From Candidatus Omnitrophota bacterium (GTDB lineage Bacteria > Omnitrophota > Gorgyraeia > Gygaellales > Profunditerraquicolaceae), in assembly GCA_041662125.1 (NCBI GenBank), contig JBAZTA010000001.1, positions 582,379 through 646,378 of the forward strand: a stretch of DNA of 64,000 nucleotides, in the 5' to 3' direction. The translations under genes and the position numbers were made by a program. The stretch's first letter is position 1; each line of letters begins with the position of its first letter. The notes below the pieces were generated by a model, which did not search any database, was not told where the DNA came from, and worked only from the letters and a program-made list of their open reading frames with translations. Positions 1 to 10,004 of the stretch are shown here, one piece after another.

Positions 1-2250
1 TTTCTTTTCAAATTCCTGCGAGAACTTCCTCTGGAAAGCTTCAAAGAAAAACGTGATAAACGCATCGTCAATGCGCGGCTTATTGCCGATGAAACGCTGG
101 AATGTTTCGTGCAGCAACTCATGGATAAAGGTGCCGATATCAGCACCCTCAGGTTCTTCAAGCAGGTCTTCCTTCTCCTTAAGCCCTAAAACATACTGAT
201 AATAGAAGCGTAACGGGCAGTGGATATACGTGTTAAGGCTTGAAGCCGAGTATTCCCGGTCACGCAAACACTTGATAACCTGCGGTTTTTTCTTAATCTC
301 AAGCCTTTTCAATAAAACATTCACCTTAAAACAGGCTTTCGCAATAGGCATAATGCCGATAGTACCAGCCTCTTTCTGACGCTCCCAGATCAATTCTTCG
401 ATAAACCTGCTTTTTTCTTTATCCGCTCCCTGCTGGTAGACCAGGAAAACATTTTTTGCCGAAGCAAGCAGCCGCTTAAACTGGTAGCGCTGGATTTCCT
501 CTTCCTTTTCCAGCCGGTTTAACCCCAGGTTAACCATGACCTCCCGGGGAATAAGCGGCTCATAGATCTGCAGGTTCGGCAGCATCGATTCATTGACATC
601 CATGATAATAACATTCTCGAAGTTTAAAGACCGCGTCTCAAATAACCCAAGGACCTGTAAACCTTTCAAAGGAGAACCGGAAAAAGATATCTTCTCCGTA
701 TCCAGTTTATCCTTAACGATCTTAAAAATATCATTTTGAGAGAATTGTTCCTTTTGAAACGCCGCGTTCTTAAACTCTTCCTGCACCTCGAACATTTTCT
801 CCGCCATCTTCAGGTTCAACGGATAATTGCGCATTGGGCTTTTATTGATCAAACACTCAAGGAATTTCGCTAAGGCATCAGAGAAACCCTGGAAATCGTT
901 TAAGCCCTCCCAGCGGGAAAACAAAAGTTCATGCAGCATCATAACCGCTGACTTCAAATCATCATAACTTACCTCAATGCCCATATTCTTCATCGTTGCC
1001 AAGGCGAGATCATAGAGCTCCCGTGAATTCTGAAGGTCAGCGAGCGCAATAAAAAGGCTTCCTCCCAAAGGAGTTTTCTCGATCCCCAACAGTATCTCTT
1101 CGATCTTATGCACTAAAACACGGGCAATTCCCGGATGATCTAAAACCAAAATATTCTTTACTAAGGGGTGGCTCAAAGCGTTTAAATAATCTTTAGCATA
1201 ATACCGCTCTTCTTTTCTGGTCTCCTGGGCCTTGGCAATACAATCAAAAAGCGAATACAAAGCGCTGCGATTCAACGGATACCCCATCGAAATATTAAAA
1301 TCACCGACACAAGAAGAAATCTCAGAAAGCAGCGGGATCACATGTTCAACAGCCGGCAGGACAATCACCGTCTTATCCAAATCAGTGACCGAACTCAGCG
1401 CCTCGCGTACCAGGCTTACCTGCGAATGCACATCAAAGCCGGCCTGGATAGAAAGTTTACCGGAAAAAACCTCTTTTTGCCGCGGCTGTATGGAACAAGA
1501 AAATTCCTGCGCGGTTTTCTTTAAAACGCTCCAGTTGGCCTCATCTCCCTGGAACAAAAGAGTGGCTTTTTTTGATTCCCACAGATGTTTAATAACACGC
1601 TCTTCCGTTTTATGCATATAAAAGAACCCGGCAAAGATTATCTGGTCAAATTCCGGAAACTCGACCTCGCCGATACTGGCAGCGGCAGAAAAATACAACA
1701 GCCCCCGGGAATATAAGCTTTTTTTTCTTTGTTCACGGTGATACGCCTCACGGATAGCAATAATACTCGTCAATAAACAATTGATGGTTTCCGGGACATC
1801 GTAGCCGATAGAAGCTTTATACTGGATATTCTCTAAAGGTTTAAGCGCGATATCCTCCAGGTCTAGCTGTTCAATAAACGCCCTGATTTCCCGCGCCCAG
1901 GGAAGGAACTTCGAAAAACTTTCTTTGCCTTTAAGGATATCCCCGGCAATACCCTGCGTGAGGGTATAAATCGTATAACAATCATCCAAATCAGACAGAT
2001 TACCAAAAACTGTCTTTTTGGAAAATGTATAGCCCATGAATTCATCAATAGAAAAAAACCGGGGAGGGATGAATCCTTTCTTAATTTTCCGCGACAATGC
2101 GCGTTTTACGAAAAGCGCCGGCCGCTTTCCTCCGAATACAACCGCGACCCTGCTTAAATCCTTGCCCGCGGCGACATATGTATCCTCGAGAAAGCGGGCA
2201 AGCTTCTCAATAAAATCTTCGGATAAATTATAGGTTTCGATATGTCCCAT
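1..2250 (-). CDS. AddB/RexB-like partner subunit of the helicase-nuclease (PD-(D/E)XK nuclease family); N-terminal ~750 aa in window, C-terminus beyond the window start
   Basis: A continuous minus-strand reading frame runs from the ATG at 2248-2250 (MGHIETYNLSEDFIEKLARFLEDTYVAAGKDLSRVAVVFGGKRPALFVKR...) to position 1 (...FIHELLHETFQRFIGNKPRIDDAFITFFFEAFQRKFSQEFEKK). It is absent from the ORF track because it runs off the window edge. It starts 15 nt after the stop of the upstream helicase-nuclease gene, in the same frame. Confidence 0.55.
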   Translation of the reverse strand, partial: MGHIETYNLSEDFIEKLARFLEDTYVAAGKDLSRVAVVFGGKRPALFVKRALSRKIKKGFIPPRFFSIDEFMGYTFSKKTVFGNLSDLDDCYTIYTLTQGIAGDILKGKESFSKFLPWAREIRAFIEQLDLEDIALKPLENIQYKASIGYDVPETINCLLTSIIAIREAYHREQRKKSLYSRGLLYFSAAASIGEVEFPEFDQIIFAGFFYMHKTEERVIKHLWESKKATLLFQGDEANWSVLKKTAQEFSCSIQPRQKEVFSGKLSIQAGFDVHSQVSLVREALSSVTDLDKTVIVLPAVEHVIPLLSEISSCVGDFNISMGYPLNRSALYSLFDCIAKAQETRKEERYYAKDYLNALSHPLVKNILVLDHPGIARVLVHKIEEILLGIEKTPLGGSLFIALADLQNSRELYDLALATMKNMGIEVSYDDLKSAVMMLHELLFSRWEGLNDFQGFSDALAKFLECLINKSPMRNYPLNLKMAEKMFEVQEEFKNAAFQKEQFSQNDIFKIVKDKLDTEKISFSGSPLKGLQVLGLFETRSLNFENVIIMDVNESMLPNLQIYEPLIPREVMVNLGLNRLEKEEEIQRYQFKRLLASAKNVFLVYQQGADKEKSRFIEELIWERQKEAGTIGIMPIAKACFKVNVLLKRLEIKKKPQVIKCLRDREYSASSLNTYIHCPLRFYYQYVLGLKEKEDLLEEPEGADIGTFIHELLHETFQRFIGNKPRIDDAFITFFFEAFQRKFSQEFEKK

Positions 2251-2265
2251 AATCGTTATTGTCGT

Positions 2266-5200
2266 TTAGGTAAACTCTTTTGTGTGCAAACTGTCTAAAT
2301 AGATCAAAAGCCCTTTTACTTTTAAATGCGGATAAATATCTTTGACAACTGCGATATATTCCGTAATTTGCTCGCTGTATCGCTCCTGGGTTGCTGAAGA
2401 ACTTTTATAATCGATAACCCAAGCCTCCTGCGCTGTTATAACCAGGCGGTCAAGCCTCTTGGTAACCCCAGAGCGGTCAACAATCTCTTTCTCCTGAAAC
2501 ACCTGTCCTTCGTTTACGTTAAAATAACGCTCAAAGCGCTTATCTGCTAATACTGTTGCCACAACACAAGAATACGGGGTAAAGTCAGCGATAACAGGAA
2601 AACGCATTTTTGCTTTCAGGAGAGCGCCGTTAAGTAATTCCTGTTTATCAAAACCCGCGCAATTGCCAATACAGGAAAATATATAATGAAACACTTCACC
2701 GCGGATGATCTCAGTCCGGGAATCAAGGGTATGCTCATCAATAAACTCATCCTTTAAGAGATTGATCCAGTCTTTATATGCCGCAGGCGCAATCTCCAGG
2801 GGAGAGGGACGCTGCCCCTGCAAAGCTGGTTTACTATCGCCAACTGAGCCATACGCATGGTTATTCTCCGGCAGAAGAAGGCTGGCAATATTAAAACCTG
2901 TCTCTGTTTTAGGAGAAATAAAGATATAGAGTTCGTCCTTCGGACGGGTTGTGGCGACATAGATGCTATTGAGTTCATCAATAAAGGCCTTGATATATTC
3001 ATTACGGTAAATCCGGGATAATGAGTCAGAAAAATCCGTATACCTTTTTTTCAGATACAACAATTTTAAGCCCTCCGGCGCCGGCACAATAACCTCGTGT
3101 TCAACTTTTACGCTCATTTCCAAGAAAGGTAGAATGACTACAGGGAATTCCAGCCCTTTTGATTTATGGATAGTCAGTACCTTTATTGAATCGGTATGGG
3201 CGACAGTAACATACAAATCCTCATCAGGGGCAGATGCGAAAAAATCCAGGAACACTTGAATACTCGGTTTCTTCTCTTCAACCTCTTTAATCAATTCTAA
3301 GAAACGCATAAAGAACCCCTGGTAATCAACGAATCTTTCCACAACATTAAAACCGCGGTAAATACTGACCACCAGCTCATACAACGGAACAAACCCGACA
3401 CTCTTAAAGAAATCTTCAAAAAGGCGGTCCCAGACCTCAGGGAAACGCTCCTTGAATTCCCGGTAGAGATAACCCGATTCTTGAGAGCTGTTGTGCAGCT
3501 TGAAAATAAAGTCCTGGATCTGTTCAGGGGAGATCCCCGATGCACGAGAGAAAATGTCCCCCAGGATAAAAGAGGCAAAAGCAAGGTTGTCAATGGGGGA
3601 ATTCAGGAACACAAGAAAACTAACCAATTCTTTAATATACGAGTTCTGTTTAATGTTAAGTGTTTTCTCCGACTCAACAGGGATATTATGTTCCAAGAGC
3701 CAGGAAGTCAAAAGCTCCACCTGGTCATTCTTTCTTACAATGAAGGCGATATCCCGGGACAAAACACCGCGCGCGGTTAATTCCCGGAGGAGATCAAGCA
3801 CCGCAGGTTTTAAAAGTTCCTGACGTTCTTCTTTTGATGTATATTCAATAAACGCCGATTTCACAAACCCGCCGGGTTTATTCTTAAGGGATTCCTGAGC
3901 GCACGACCGGAAGATCCCGAGAATTTCCTCACAGTCATTTTCGTCTAATGCAACACCTGCCGTTTTTGCCTGAGCCTGCGCTTGTAAAAACCTCCCGAGA
4001 TTGCTTTGAGAAAAAAGCATATTGTTAAAAGTGACGATCTCCTGGCGGCTGCGGTAATTAGTAGTGAGCGACTCTTCGATCAAATTAAAATCGCGCAAAC
4101 GTTCTTTCTGAGAATCGATCAATGCTACTTCCCCGCCCCGGAAACGGTAGATCGCCTGTTTTTTATCTCCCACATAAAACAATGATCCGCCGCATGAGAG
4201 CGCCTCTTGGATCATAATAAAAAGGTTTTCCCATTGCAGGCGGCTGGTATCCTGGAATTCATCTAGCAAAAAATGCTTGAATCGGGTAGCCAGGCGGTAG
4301 TAGAGTTCAGGTAGCCCAAGGTTTTTCTCATCAAAAAGGCTACGCGCTTCTTTATTCAAAGCTTCCAGGAATAAAACATCGTCTTTACAAGCGGCTTCTT
4401 TTAACCCGTCAAGTACACAGGTGAAGATAGCGACATAATAATTAAGCATGAAAACCGCTTCCAGTTCACAGAGCCCCGCAAGGCTTACTCTAATAGTGCG
4501 CCAGAGTAAACGCAGCTCTTCCGGGATAGCATTGCCTTTGTTGACCGGGACATCCTCACGCTTAAAGAAGTCAGAAACTTTTTCAAGCGAGAAATGCCCG
4601 TCTTGACGTTCCAAAAATGCACTTAAACTATTCTTAAACGCTGCATTTGTGCCTGCGGGAAGGAGCTCTTTAAGCTTGTAAAAAAGCTTCTGGATCTCTT
4701 CTTTCCTAGAAAACAATTCTTCAGCAGTAGCGCTGGTACGTAAGAATCCTCCCGCATAACGGTTGCTTTTTGAAAACAATGCCGTAATAATCCTTAAAAT
4801 ATACTGTTTGGGAAACCACCCTGCCCTGTTTTCTATATAAATGTACTGGGTAAGAAAATTACTAAAAAGCCCAAAGATTTGAGGATCAGATGAAGCGCGG
4901 TCAATAAGCTTATCCAAGCTGTAGGCAAGATACTCATGGTAATCTTTTTCTGTCTTAAACCTTGCGGAGAGGTCAAGTTTGAAGGCACATCCGCAAAGGA
5001 TGGCATTAATAAAGCTGTCAATGGTCTGCACCTGGAAGAAATTATAGTTTCGCAGCAACGCCTCCATGATCACGAATGCCTTTTGACGCGCCGATTCCTC
5101 ATCAATATCCAATGACTCAAGGAGTAATACCTTCTCTTGCGGGCTGGAAAATGCGTCCAAGGCTATTTTCTTTACCAACTCCAGTATCCGCTCTTTCATT

Positions 5201-5391
5201 TCAATAGCAGCTTTATTAGTGAAAGTAATCGCCAGGATAGCATGTAAGGGGACTGCCTGATTATCATCACAGGAATGCATGAGAAGATAAATGTAACGCC
5301 TTGCTAATGCATAAGTTTTGCCTGAACCGGCAGAAGCTTCAACGATCAAAACTTGGGGGAATTGCAATAAACGAGGATCTTTATTATTCAT
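2266..5391 (-). CDS. addA: ATP-dependent helicase-nuclease subunit A-like (UvrD/Rep superfamily 1 helicase with C-terminal RecB-type PD-(D/E)XK nuclease)
   Basis: 1041 aa. Walker A motif EASAGSGKTYAL near the N-terminus, UvrD-type motifs (TFTNKAA, LLDEFQDT, YRFRGG, TNYRS, TIHKSKGLEF), and a C-terminal RecB nuclease motif pair (RLDRLVI...VIDYKSS). Confidence 0.8.
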   Translation of the reverse strand: MNNKDPRLLQFPQVLIVEASAGSGKTYALARRYIYLLMHSCDDNQAVPLHAILAITFTNKAAIEMKERILELVKKIALDAFSSPQEKVLLLESLDIDEESARQKAFVIMEALLRNYNFFQVQTIDSFINAILCGCAFKLDLSARFKTEKDYHEYLAYSLDKLIDRASSDPQIFGLFSNFLTQYIYIENRAGWFPKQYILRIITALFSKSNRYAGGFLRTSATAEELFSRKEEIQKLFYKLKELLPAGTNAAFKNSLSAFLERQDGHFSLEKVSDFFKREDVPVNKGNAIPEELRLLWRTIRVSLAGLCELEAVFMLNYYVAIFTCVLDGLKEAACKDDVLFLEALNKEARSLFDEKNLGLPELYYRLATRFKHFLLDEFQDTSRLQWENLFIMIQEALSCGGSLFYVGDKKQAIYRFRGGEVALIDSQKERLRDFNLIEESLTTNYRSRQEIVTFNNMLFSQSNLGRFLQAQAQAKTAGVALDENDCEEILGIFRSCAQESLKNKPGGFVKSAFIEYTSKEERQELLKPAVLDLLRELTARGVLSRDIAFIVRKNDQVELLTSWLLEHNIPVESEKTLNIKQNSYIKELVSFLVFLNSPIDNLAFASFILGDIFSRASGISPEQIQDFIFKLHNSSQESGYLYREFKERFPEVWDRLFEDFFKSVGFVPLYELVVSIYRGFNVVERFVDYQGFFMRFLELIKEVEEKKPSIQVFLDFFASAPDEDLYVTVAHTDSIKVLTIHKSKGLEFPVVILPFLEMSVKVEHEVIVPAPEGLKLLYLKKRYTDFSDSLSRIYRNEYIKAFIDELNSIYVATTRPKDELYIFISPKTETGFNIASLLLPENNHAYGSVGDSKPALQGQRPSPLEIAPAAYKDWINLLKDEFIDEHTLDSRTEIIRGEVFHYIFSCIGNCAGFDKQELLNGALLKAKMRFPVIADFTPYSCVVATVLADKRFERYFNVNEGQVFQEKEIVDRSGVTKRLDRLVITAQEAWVIDYKSSSATQERYSEQITEYIAVVKDIYPHLKVKGLLIYLDSLHTKEFT

Positions 5392-5471
5392 CCAAATAAA
5401 AGATGCCTTTCTGAAAAGAAAACAAGTAATAACGCTATAGCTTTCTTTTGACGGGAATTACTTATTTTACC

Positions 5472-5499
5472 TTGACAAAGCCATGTTTTCAAGTATACT
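5472..5499 (+). promoter_or_regulatory. sigma70-type promoter for rpmB (TTGACA-16nt-TATACT)
   Basis: TTGACA at 5472-5477 and TATACT at 5494-5499, about 55 nt upstream of the rpmB ATG. The region is divergent from the addA-like gene. Confidence 0.5.
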
Positions 5500-5556
5500 T
5501 TTATTTCTAAGGATAATCTAATTTAACAACAAAATCTTTTAATTGGGGTGTATACT

Positions 5557-5811
5557 ATGTTAAAAAAATGTGCTATATGTGGAAAAGGCCCTCTTACGGG
5601 TAAAAGCGTTGTAAGAAAAGGTGCTGCTAAGAAAAAAGGCGGAACCGGCAGTAAAATAGTCCGCAGTCACTTACGAAGATTCCTGCCTAACCTGCAGAAA
5701 ATGCGCGTAGTAATCGATAATCATCCGCAACGAGCCTATGTCTGCACAAAATGCCTCAAAACAGGAAATATCAAAAAGGTACAACCGAGAAACGATAAGC
5801 CTAAAGCTTAA
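5557..5811 (+). CDS. rpmB: 50S ribosomal protein L28
   Basis: MLKKCAICGKGPLTGKSV...RRFLPNLQKMRV matches the L28 signature (C-x-x-C-G-K, RRFLPNL). The ORF-track start at 5548 is a GTG; the ATG at 5557 has GGGGTG 6 nt upstream. Confidence 0.85.
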   Translation: MLKKCAICGKGPLTGKSVVRKGAAKKKGGTGSKIVRSHLRRFLPNLQKMRVVIDNHPQRAYVCTKCLKTGNIKKVQPRNDKPKA

Positions 5812-5825
5812 AAGAAGAGCGGTTT

Positions 5826-7517
5826 TTATTTAAAGAATATCTCTTTTATCTCCAGAACTAAGGATTCCTCACCCTGCCAATTATTCAAAACAGGGCTATA
5901 TACCATATCAAAATATTCCGCAGCAAGCAATCCATCTTTGAAACTTCCCATACCAAAGCCGATCGCTTGGTAAGTAACTGTCCCATCCGTAACCCAGAAT
6001 TTCAAGGTATCCCTGCCCATGACCCGCGGCTGCCCTTTGAGCCGGAGGTTCCCGGTAAAAAACAAGGGTTGGCGGTTCCCCATACCAAAAGGCTCCAGCC
6101 TTTCAAGCTCGCGAACAAAAGCTTCATCTAAATCTGAAAGGCTCAATTCCATATCAATATCAATACTGGGCATCAAATCCGTCAGGGTTAAACGCTCATG
6201 AGCTAAAGAATTGATCTTATTACGGAATTGATCGATATTTTCCTTTGTTAAAGAAAGCCCCGTAGCATGCTGATGCCCCCCAAAGTTTTCTAAAAGGTCG
6301 CTACATTCCAAAATAGCCTCAAAGAGATGAAAATTCTTAATAGAACGGCCTGAGCCTTTACATATCCCTTCAGCCAAAGAGATCAAAATAGTCGGACGAT
6401 AAAACCGTTCCGCAAGGCGCGCCGCGACAATACCCAAGACACCGGTATGCCAGCCTTCTTTTGCCACAACCATGACTTTATGTTCCTTAAAATTAACTTC
6501 TTTATCGATAATAGCTTGTGCCTCTTCTAAAATCGTGCTCTCTACTCTCTGACGCTGACGGTTATGTTTTTCTACAGTCTCAACAAGCCTTTCTGCCTCT
6601 TCTTGATCCGCACTCATCAGCAGGCTTAAAGCAACCTCAGCGTTATCGATACGGCCGCTGGCATTAATACGCGGGCCAAGGATAAAACTCACGAAACCAG
6701 GATTAATCTTTTTATTCTTAATTCCGCTGGCCTCAATAAGCGTTTTAAGGCCCAGCCGTTTGGTATTAAAAAGCACACCAAGGCCTTCTTTGGCAATGAT
6801 ACGGTTTTCTCCCGTCAAAGGGACCGCATCCGCAATAGTCCCTAAAGCAACCAGGTCTAACTCTTCAGCCAGGACATCTTCACTCAGGGCCTGGCAGAAT
6901 TTATACGCAACGCCTACTCCTGCCAGATCACGGTAACGATATCCGGAATCACCTGATTTCGGATTAATCATCGCTGAAGCATAATCGTGGCTATGGCTCT
7001 CCAGCGGCTCGTGGTGATCGGTCACAACCACTTCAACACCCATATGCCGCAATTCTTTTATCTGCTCATCGCTATTAGTCCCGCAATCCGCGGTAATGAC
7101 AACTTTAACCTGTTTTTCTTTAACAAGCTGCAAAACTTTCTTATTGAGGCCGTATCCTTCTTTAACCCGGTCCGGGATATAGTGGCAGGTATCTAATCCG
7201 ATTTTTGCAAACGTGCTCTCAAGCAACGTAAGCGAGGTTAACCCATCAACGTCATAATCGCTAAAAATCAAGATCTTTTTCTTTTCTTTACCGGCTCTCC
7301 TGATAATATCTACCGCGTGAGGCATCTGGAGGAATGAATACGGATCGAGAAGGTCGCCGAGTGAGGGATTAAGGAATTTTTCCGCAGCACCGGGAGTATC
7401 GATCCCACGGTTGATCAAGAGTTGCGCCAGGGTATAAGAGATCCCTAATTCTTTACTTAAACCTTCACGCAGCGATCGATTAGGGGAAGCTATATGTAAG
7501 ATCTTGCGGGTATGCAT
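5826..7517 (-). CDS. recJ: single-stranded-DNA-specific exonuclease RecJ
   Basis: 563 aa with DHH family motifs (ILIFSDYDVDGLTS, VVVTDHHEP, GGHQHATG) and the DHHA1 region. Confidence 0.85.
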   Translation of the reverse strand: MHTRKILHIASPNRSLREGLSKELGISYTLAQLLINRGIDTPGAAEKFLNPSLGDLLDPYSFLQMPHAVDIIRRAGKEKKKILIFSDYDVDGLTSLTLLESTFAKIGLDTCHYIPDRVKEGYGLNKKVLQLVKEKQVKVVITADCGTNSDEQIKELRHMGVEVVVTDHHEPLESHSHDYASAMINPKSGDSGYRYRDLAGVGVAYKFCQALSEDVLAEELDLVALGTIADAVPLTGENRIIAKEGLGVLFNTKRLGLKTLIEASGIKNKKINPGFVSFILGPRINASGRIDNAEVALSLLMSADQEEAERLVETVEKHNRQRQRVESTILEEAQAIIDKEVNFKEHKVMVVAKEGWHTGVLGIVAARLAERFYRPTILISLAEGICKGSGRSIKNFHLFEAILECSDLLENFGGHQHATGLSLTKENIDQFRNKINSLAHERLTLTDLMPSIDIDMELSLSDLDEAFVRELERLEPFGMGNRQPLFFTGNLRLKGQPRVMGRDTLKFWVTDGTVTYQAIGFGMGSFKDGLLAAEYFDMVYSPVLNNWQGEESLVLEIKEIFFK

Positions 7518-7537
7518 AAGGATTATTATTTTAAAAA

Positions 7538-9178
7538 CTACATCTTCTCCGGCTTTGATATGCCCAGTAAATCTAAGCCGATCCCCAGAACAATGCGCGT
7601 CGCATTCACTAAGCTCAGACGGGCGCGTGTTACTGCTTCATCATTGCCTAAAACACGGCAACGGTCATAAAAGCGGTGAAAATCTTCCGCTATTTCCTGC
7701 AGATAGACAGTCATCATATACGGGTCAAGCGTCTTATAACAAATATTCAAAATAAAAGAGAACTGCCATAATTTTCTGATCAACTGCAGTTCTTCCTTTT
7801 CTTTTAAAACACCCGCATCAAAACTATCAACGGTAATTTCAAACGGGCTATTCTTGATAATGTTATAGATCCGCGCGTAGGCATACTGCACATAATAGAC
7901 CGGATTTTCCGAAGTCTGTTTTTTCGCAGTCTCCAGATCAAAATTAAGAAGGCTTGAAGTGCGGCGCATGACAAAAAAGAAACGGGACGCATCCCGACCG
8001 ACTTCATCTAAGACTTCACGCAACGTTATATACTGCCCGCGGCGAGTCGACATTTCCAAAGGCTTACCGTCTTTAAATATAGAAGCTAATTGCACAATGA
8101 TAACCGAAAGAGATCCCGGGTCCTGCCCTAAAGCCTGCACTGCGGCTTTAAGCCTGCTTATGTAACCGTGATGATCAGGGCCCCAGAGGTTGATCAACCA
8201 GGTAAACCCCCGTTTATATTTATTCTGGTGGTAAGCGATATCCGGAGCAAGATAGGTATAAGAACCGTCGCTTTTAACAACCACGCGGTCTTTATCATCT
8301 GCGAACGCCGTTGATTTAAACCATTGCGCGCCATCCTGCTCGAATAAGAATCCTTTTTCTCTGAGATACTCAAATGTTTTCTCAATACTGCCTGCTTTTC
8401 GCAACTCCTTCTGGCTGTACCAGCAATCAAAGCTGATCCCGAAATCCCGCAACTCCTCTTTGATGATAGTAAGGATATACTGACCGGCATACTCACCGGG
8501 ATCTTCTATCACCGTATCTTCAGTTGCAAGCTTGCGGGCAATATCATAGATATAATCACCCTGGTAACAATTCTCAGGGAATTCAATTTTCTCGCCCTTT
8601 AATTCCTGAAGCCGTAATGCTACTGACTTCCCGAGTATATTGATCTGATTGCCTTCATCATTAAGATAATATTCCCGATGGACACTAAACCCCAAGAAAG
8701 ACAAGATGCTGGCTAAAGCATCGCCGACGACAGCCTGGCGCGCATGCGCAACTGATAACGGCCCGGTAGGATTAGCGCTTACAAATTCAATCATCACCTT
8801 TTGTGCGGCGCCAATATTCTGCCTGCCGAAATCCTTTGATTCAACGATAATACGCTTAAGCTGCCGATAAAAATAATCTTCACTCAGATAAAAATTGATA
8901 AACCCCGCACCTTCAACTTTTATGTGTTTAATGCAATCATGAATCGAGCTCTTTTGAAGGTTTTTCTCAATCGATTCCACCAGACGCGAGGCTATCGTTA
9001 AGGGAGATTGTTTCAGGAGGCTGCCTAAGCGTAACGCGAGATTATTTGAAAGGTCACCAAAACCAGTTGCAAGCGACAACTCAACAGGCACTTCATCAAG
9101 GGCCGCAGTATCATGATACAATTCGGCTAATGCATCCTTAATGATACGAATAAGGGAATCTTGAATATTTTTTTCCAT
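7538..9178 (-). CDS. argS: arginine--tRNA ligase
   Basis: 546 aa. Class I signature ANPTGPLSVAHARQAVVGD (HIGH-like) and a C-terminal MSTRRG (KMSK-like) with the anticodon-binding domain. Confidence 0.85.
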   Translation of the reverse strand: MEKNIQDSLIRIIKDALAELYHDTAALDEVPVELSLATGFGDLSNNLALRLGSLLKQSPLTIASRLVESIEKNLQKSSIHDCIKHIKVEGAGFINFYLSEDYFYRQLKRIIVESKDFGRQNIGAAQKVMIEFVSANPTGPLSVAHARQAVVGDALASILSFLGFSVHREYYLNDEGNQINILGKSVALRLQELKGEKIEFPENCYQGDYIYDIARKLATEDTVIEDPGEYAGQYILTIIKEELRDFGISFDCWYSQKELRKAGSIEKTFEYLREKGFLFEQDGAQWFKSTAFADDKDRVVVKSDGSYTYLAPDIAYHQNKYKRGFTWLINLWGPDHHGYISRLKAAVQALGQDPGSLSVIIVQLASIFKDGKPLEMSTRRGQYITLREVLDEVGRDASRFFFVMRRTSSLLNFDLETAKKQTSENPVYYVQYAYARIYNIIKNSPFEITVDSFDAGVLKEKEELQLIRKLWQFSFILNICYKTLDPYMMTVYLQEIAEDFHRFYDRCRVLGNDEAVTRARLSLVNATRIVLGIGLDLLGISKPEKM

Positions 9179-9259
9179 GCAAAACCTGAATTCGCGGCAG
9201 AAATAATGAGGCAGGAATACCCCACCGTCTTTGAAATACTATGATTTAATACTCTTTGA

Positions 9260-9655
9260 TCACTTTGGAGCTGCAGTACGTGGAATGCGTTTTGAAATCC
9301 GGACTTTCTTTGCGTCAGACCAGAGCCGCTCTAACGCGTAAAACTCTCTTTTGGGTTTATAAAAAACGTGCGCCAGGACCGCCGAATAATCCAAGACGAT
9401 CCATCCTGATTCATCCTGGGCGGGGATATGCGAGAAAGATTTTATTTTCTCCTGAGTGAGGTCATCCTCAATGGCGTGGGCGATCGCGTTGACCTGACGC
9501 AAGGACGCGCCACTGACAATAACAAAAAATTCAAAAAAGGAAGATAATGCACGCATATCAAGTATCATGACATCTTCTGCCTTTTTTTCTTTCGCGATAA
9601 AAGCGATCCGTTGGGACAAAGCTTTAGAATCTATAAGAGCGTGCCTCCTTCTCAA
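9260..9655 (-). CDS. rsfS: ribosome silencing factor RsfS (Iojap family)
   Basis: 131 aa; AKEKKAEDVMILDMRALSSFFEFFVIVSGASLRQVNAIAHAIEDDL...GWIVLDYSAVLAHVF is typical of RsfS. Confidence 0.8.
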   Translation of the reverse strand: MRRRHALIDSKALSQRIAFIAKEKKAEDVMILDMRALSSFFEFFVIVSGASLRQVNAIAHAIEDDLTQEKIKSFSHIPAQDESGWIVLDYSAVLAHVFYKPKREFYALERLWSDAKKVRISKRIPRTAAPK

Positions 9656-9738
9656 CCGAATGATACGTTATCTTTGTTCCACTCGGGAGTGCCGTTTGAA
9701 TACACCTGAAATGACATTCAACGGTAAAACGTTTTAGT

Positions 9739-9888
9739 TTATTTCTTCCCTAAGATCTTATACATGCCAGTATTACACTCAGGGCATTTTCCTTTAGCTG
9801 CAGGACGGCCGTTTTTCATGGTAACTCTCTGTTCATCTTTCATTTCCTGGCTCTTCTTACATTTAACGCAATATCCTTTTTCTGCCAT
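9739..9888 (-). CDS. 49-aa C4 zinc-ribbon protein (DUF5679-like small protein)
   Basis: Not in the ORF track (<60 aa). ATG at 9888 is preceded by AGGAGG (revcomp of 9891-9896). Translation: MAEKGYCVKCKKSQEMKDEQRVTMKNGRPAAKGKCPECNTGMYKILGKK, with two CxxC pairs. A promoter-like element lies upstream. Confidence 0.6.
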   Translation of the reverse strand: MAEKGYCVKCKKSQEMKDEQRVTMKNGRPAAKGKCPECNTGMYKILGKK

Positions 9889-9917
9889 GGTTCCTCCTTG
9901 TAATTGAAAGTTTACTT

Positions 9918-9946
9918 ATCGTATCACAGGTTACCAGGAGTGTCAA
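9918..9946 (-). promoter_or_regulatory. sigma70-like promoter for the 49-aa zinc-ribbon gene (TTGACA-17nt-TACGAT)
   Basis: The minus strand reads TTGACActcctggtaacctgtgaTACGAT (revcomp of 9918-9946), about 25 nt upstream of the AGGAGG RBS. Confidence 0.45.
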
Positions 9947-10004
9947 TGAAACACCCCCAAACGTTCCCTTAGTATATAGCAGGGCAATCAAGAGGTCAAT
10001 ATAT

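Noticed and set aside
1232-2233. Track ORFs 1232-1621 (+), 1342-1524 (+), 1863-2048 (-) and 2036-2233 (+)
   Set aside because: All lie inside, antisense to, or out-of-frame within the long edge-truncated minus-strand AddB-like gene, and none has a recognisable motif.
5812-5825. Possible convergent terminator between rpmB and recJ (gcggtttttattt)
   Set aside because: There is a T-run but no convincing preceding GC stem within the 14-nt gap.
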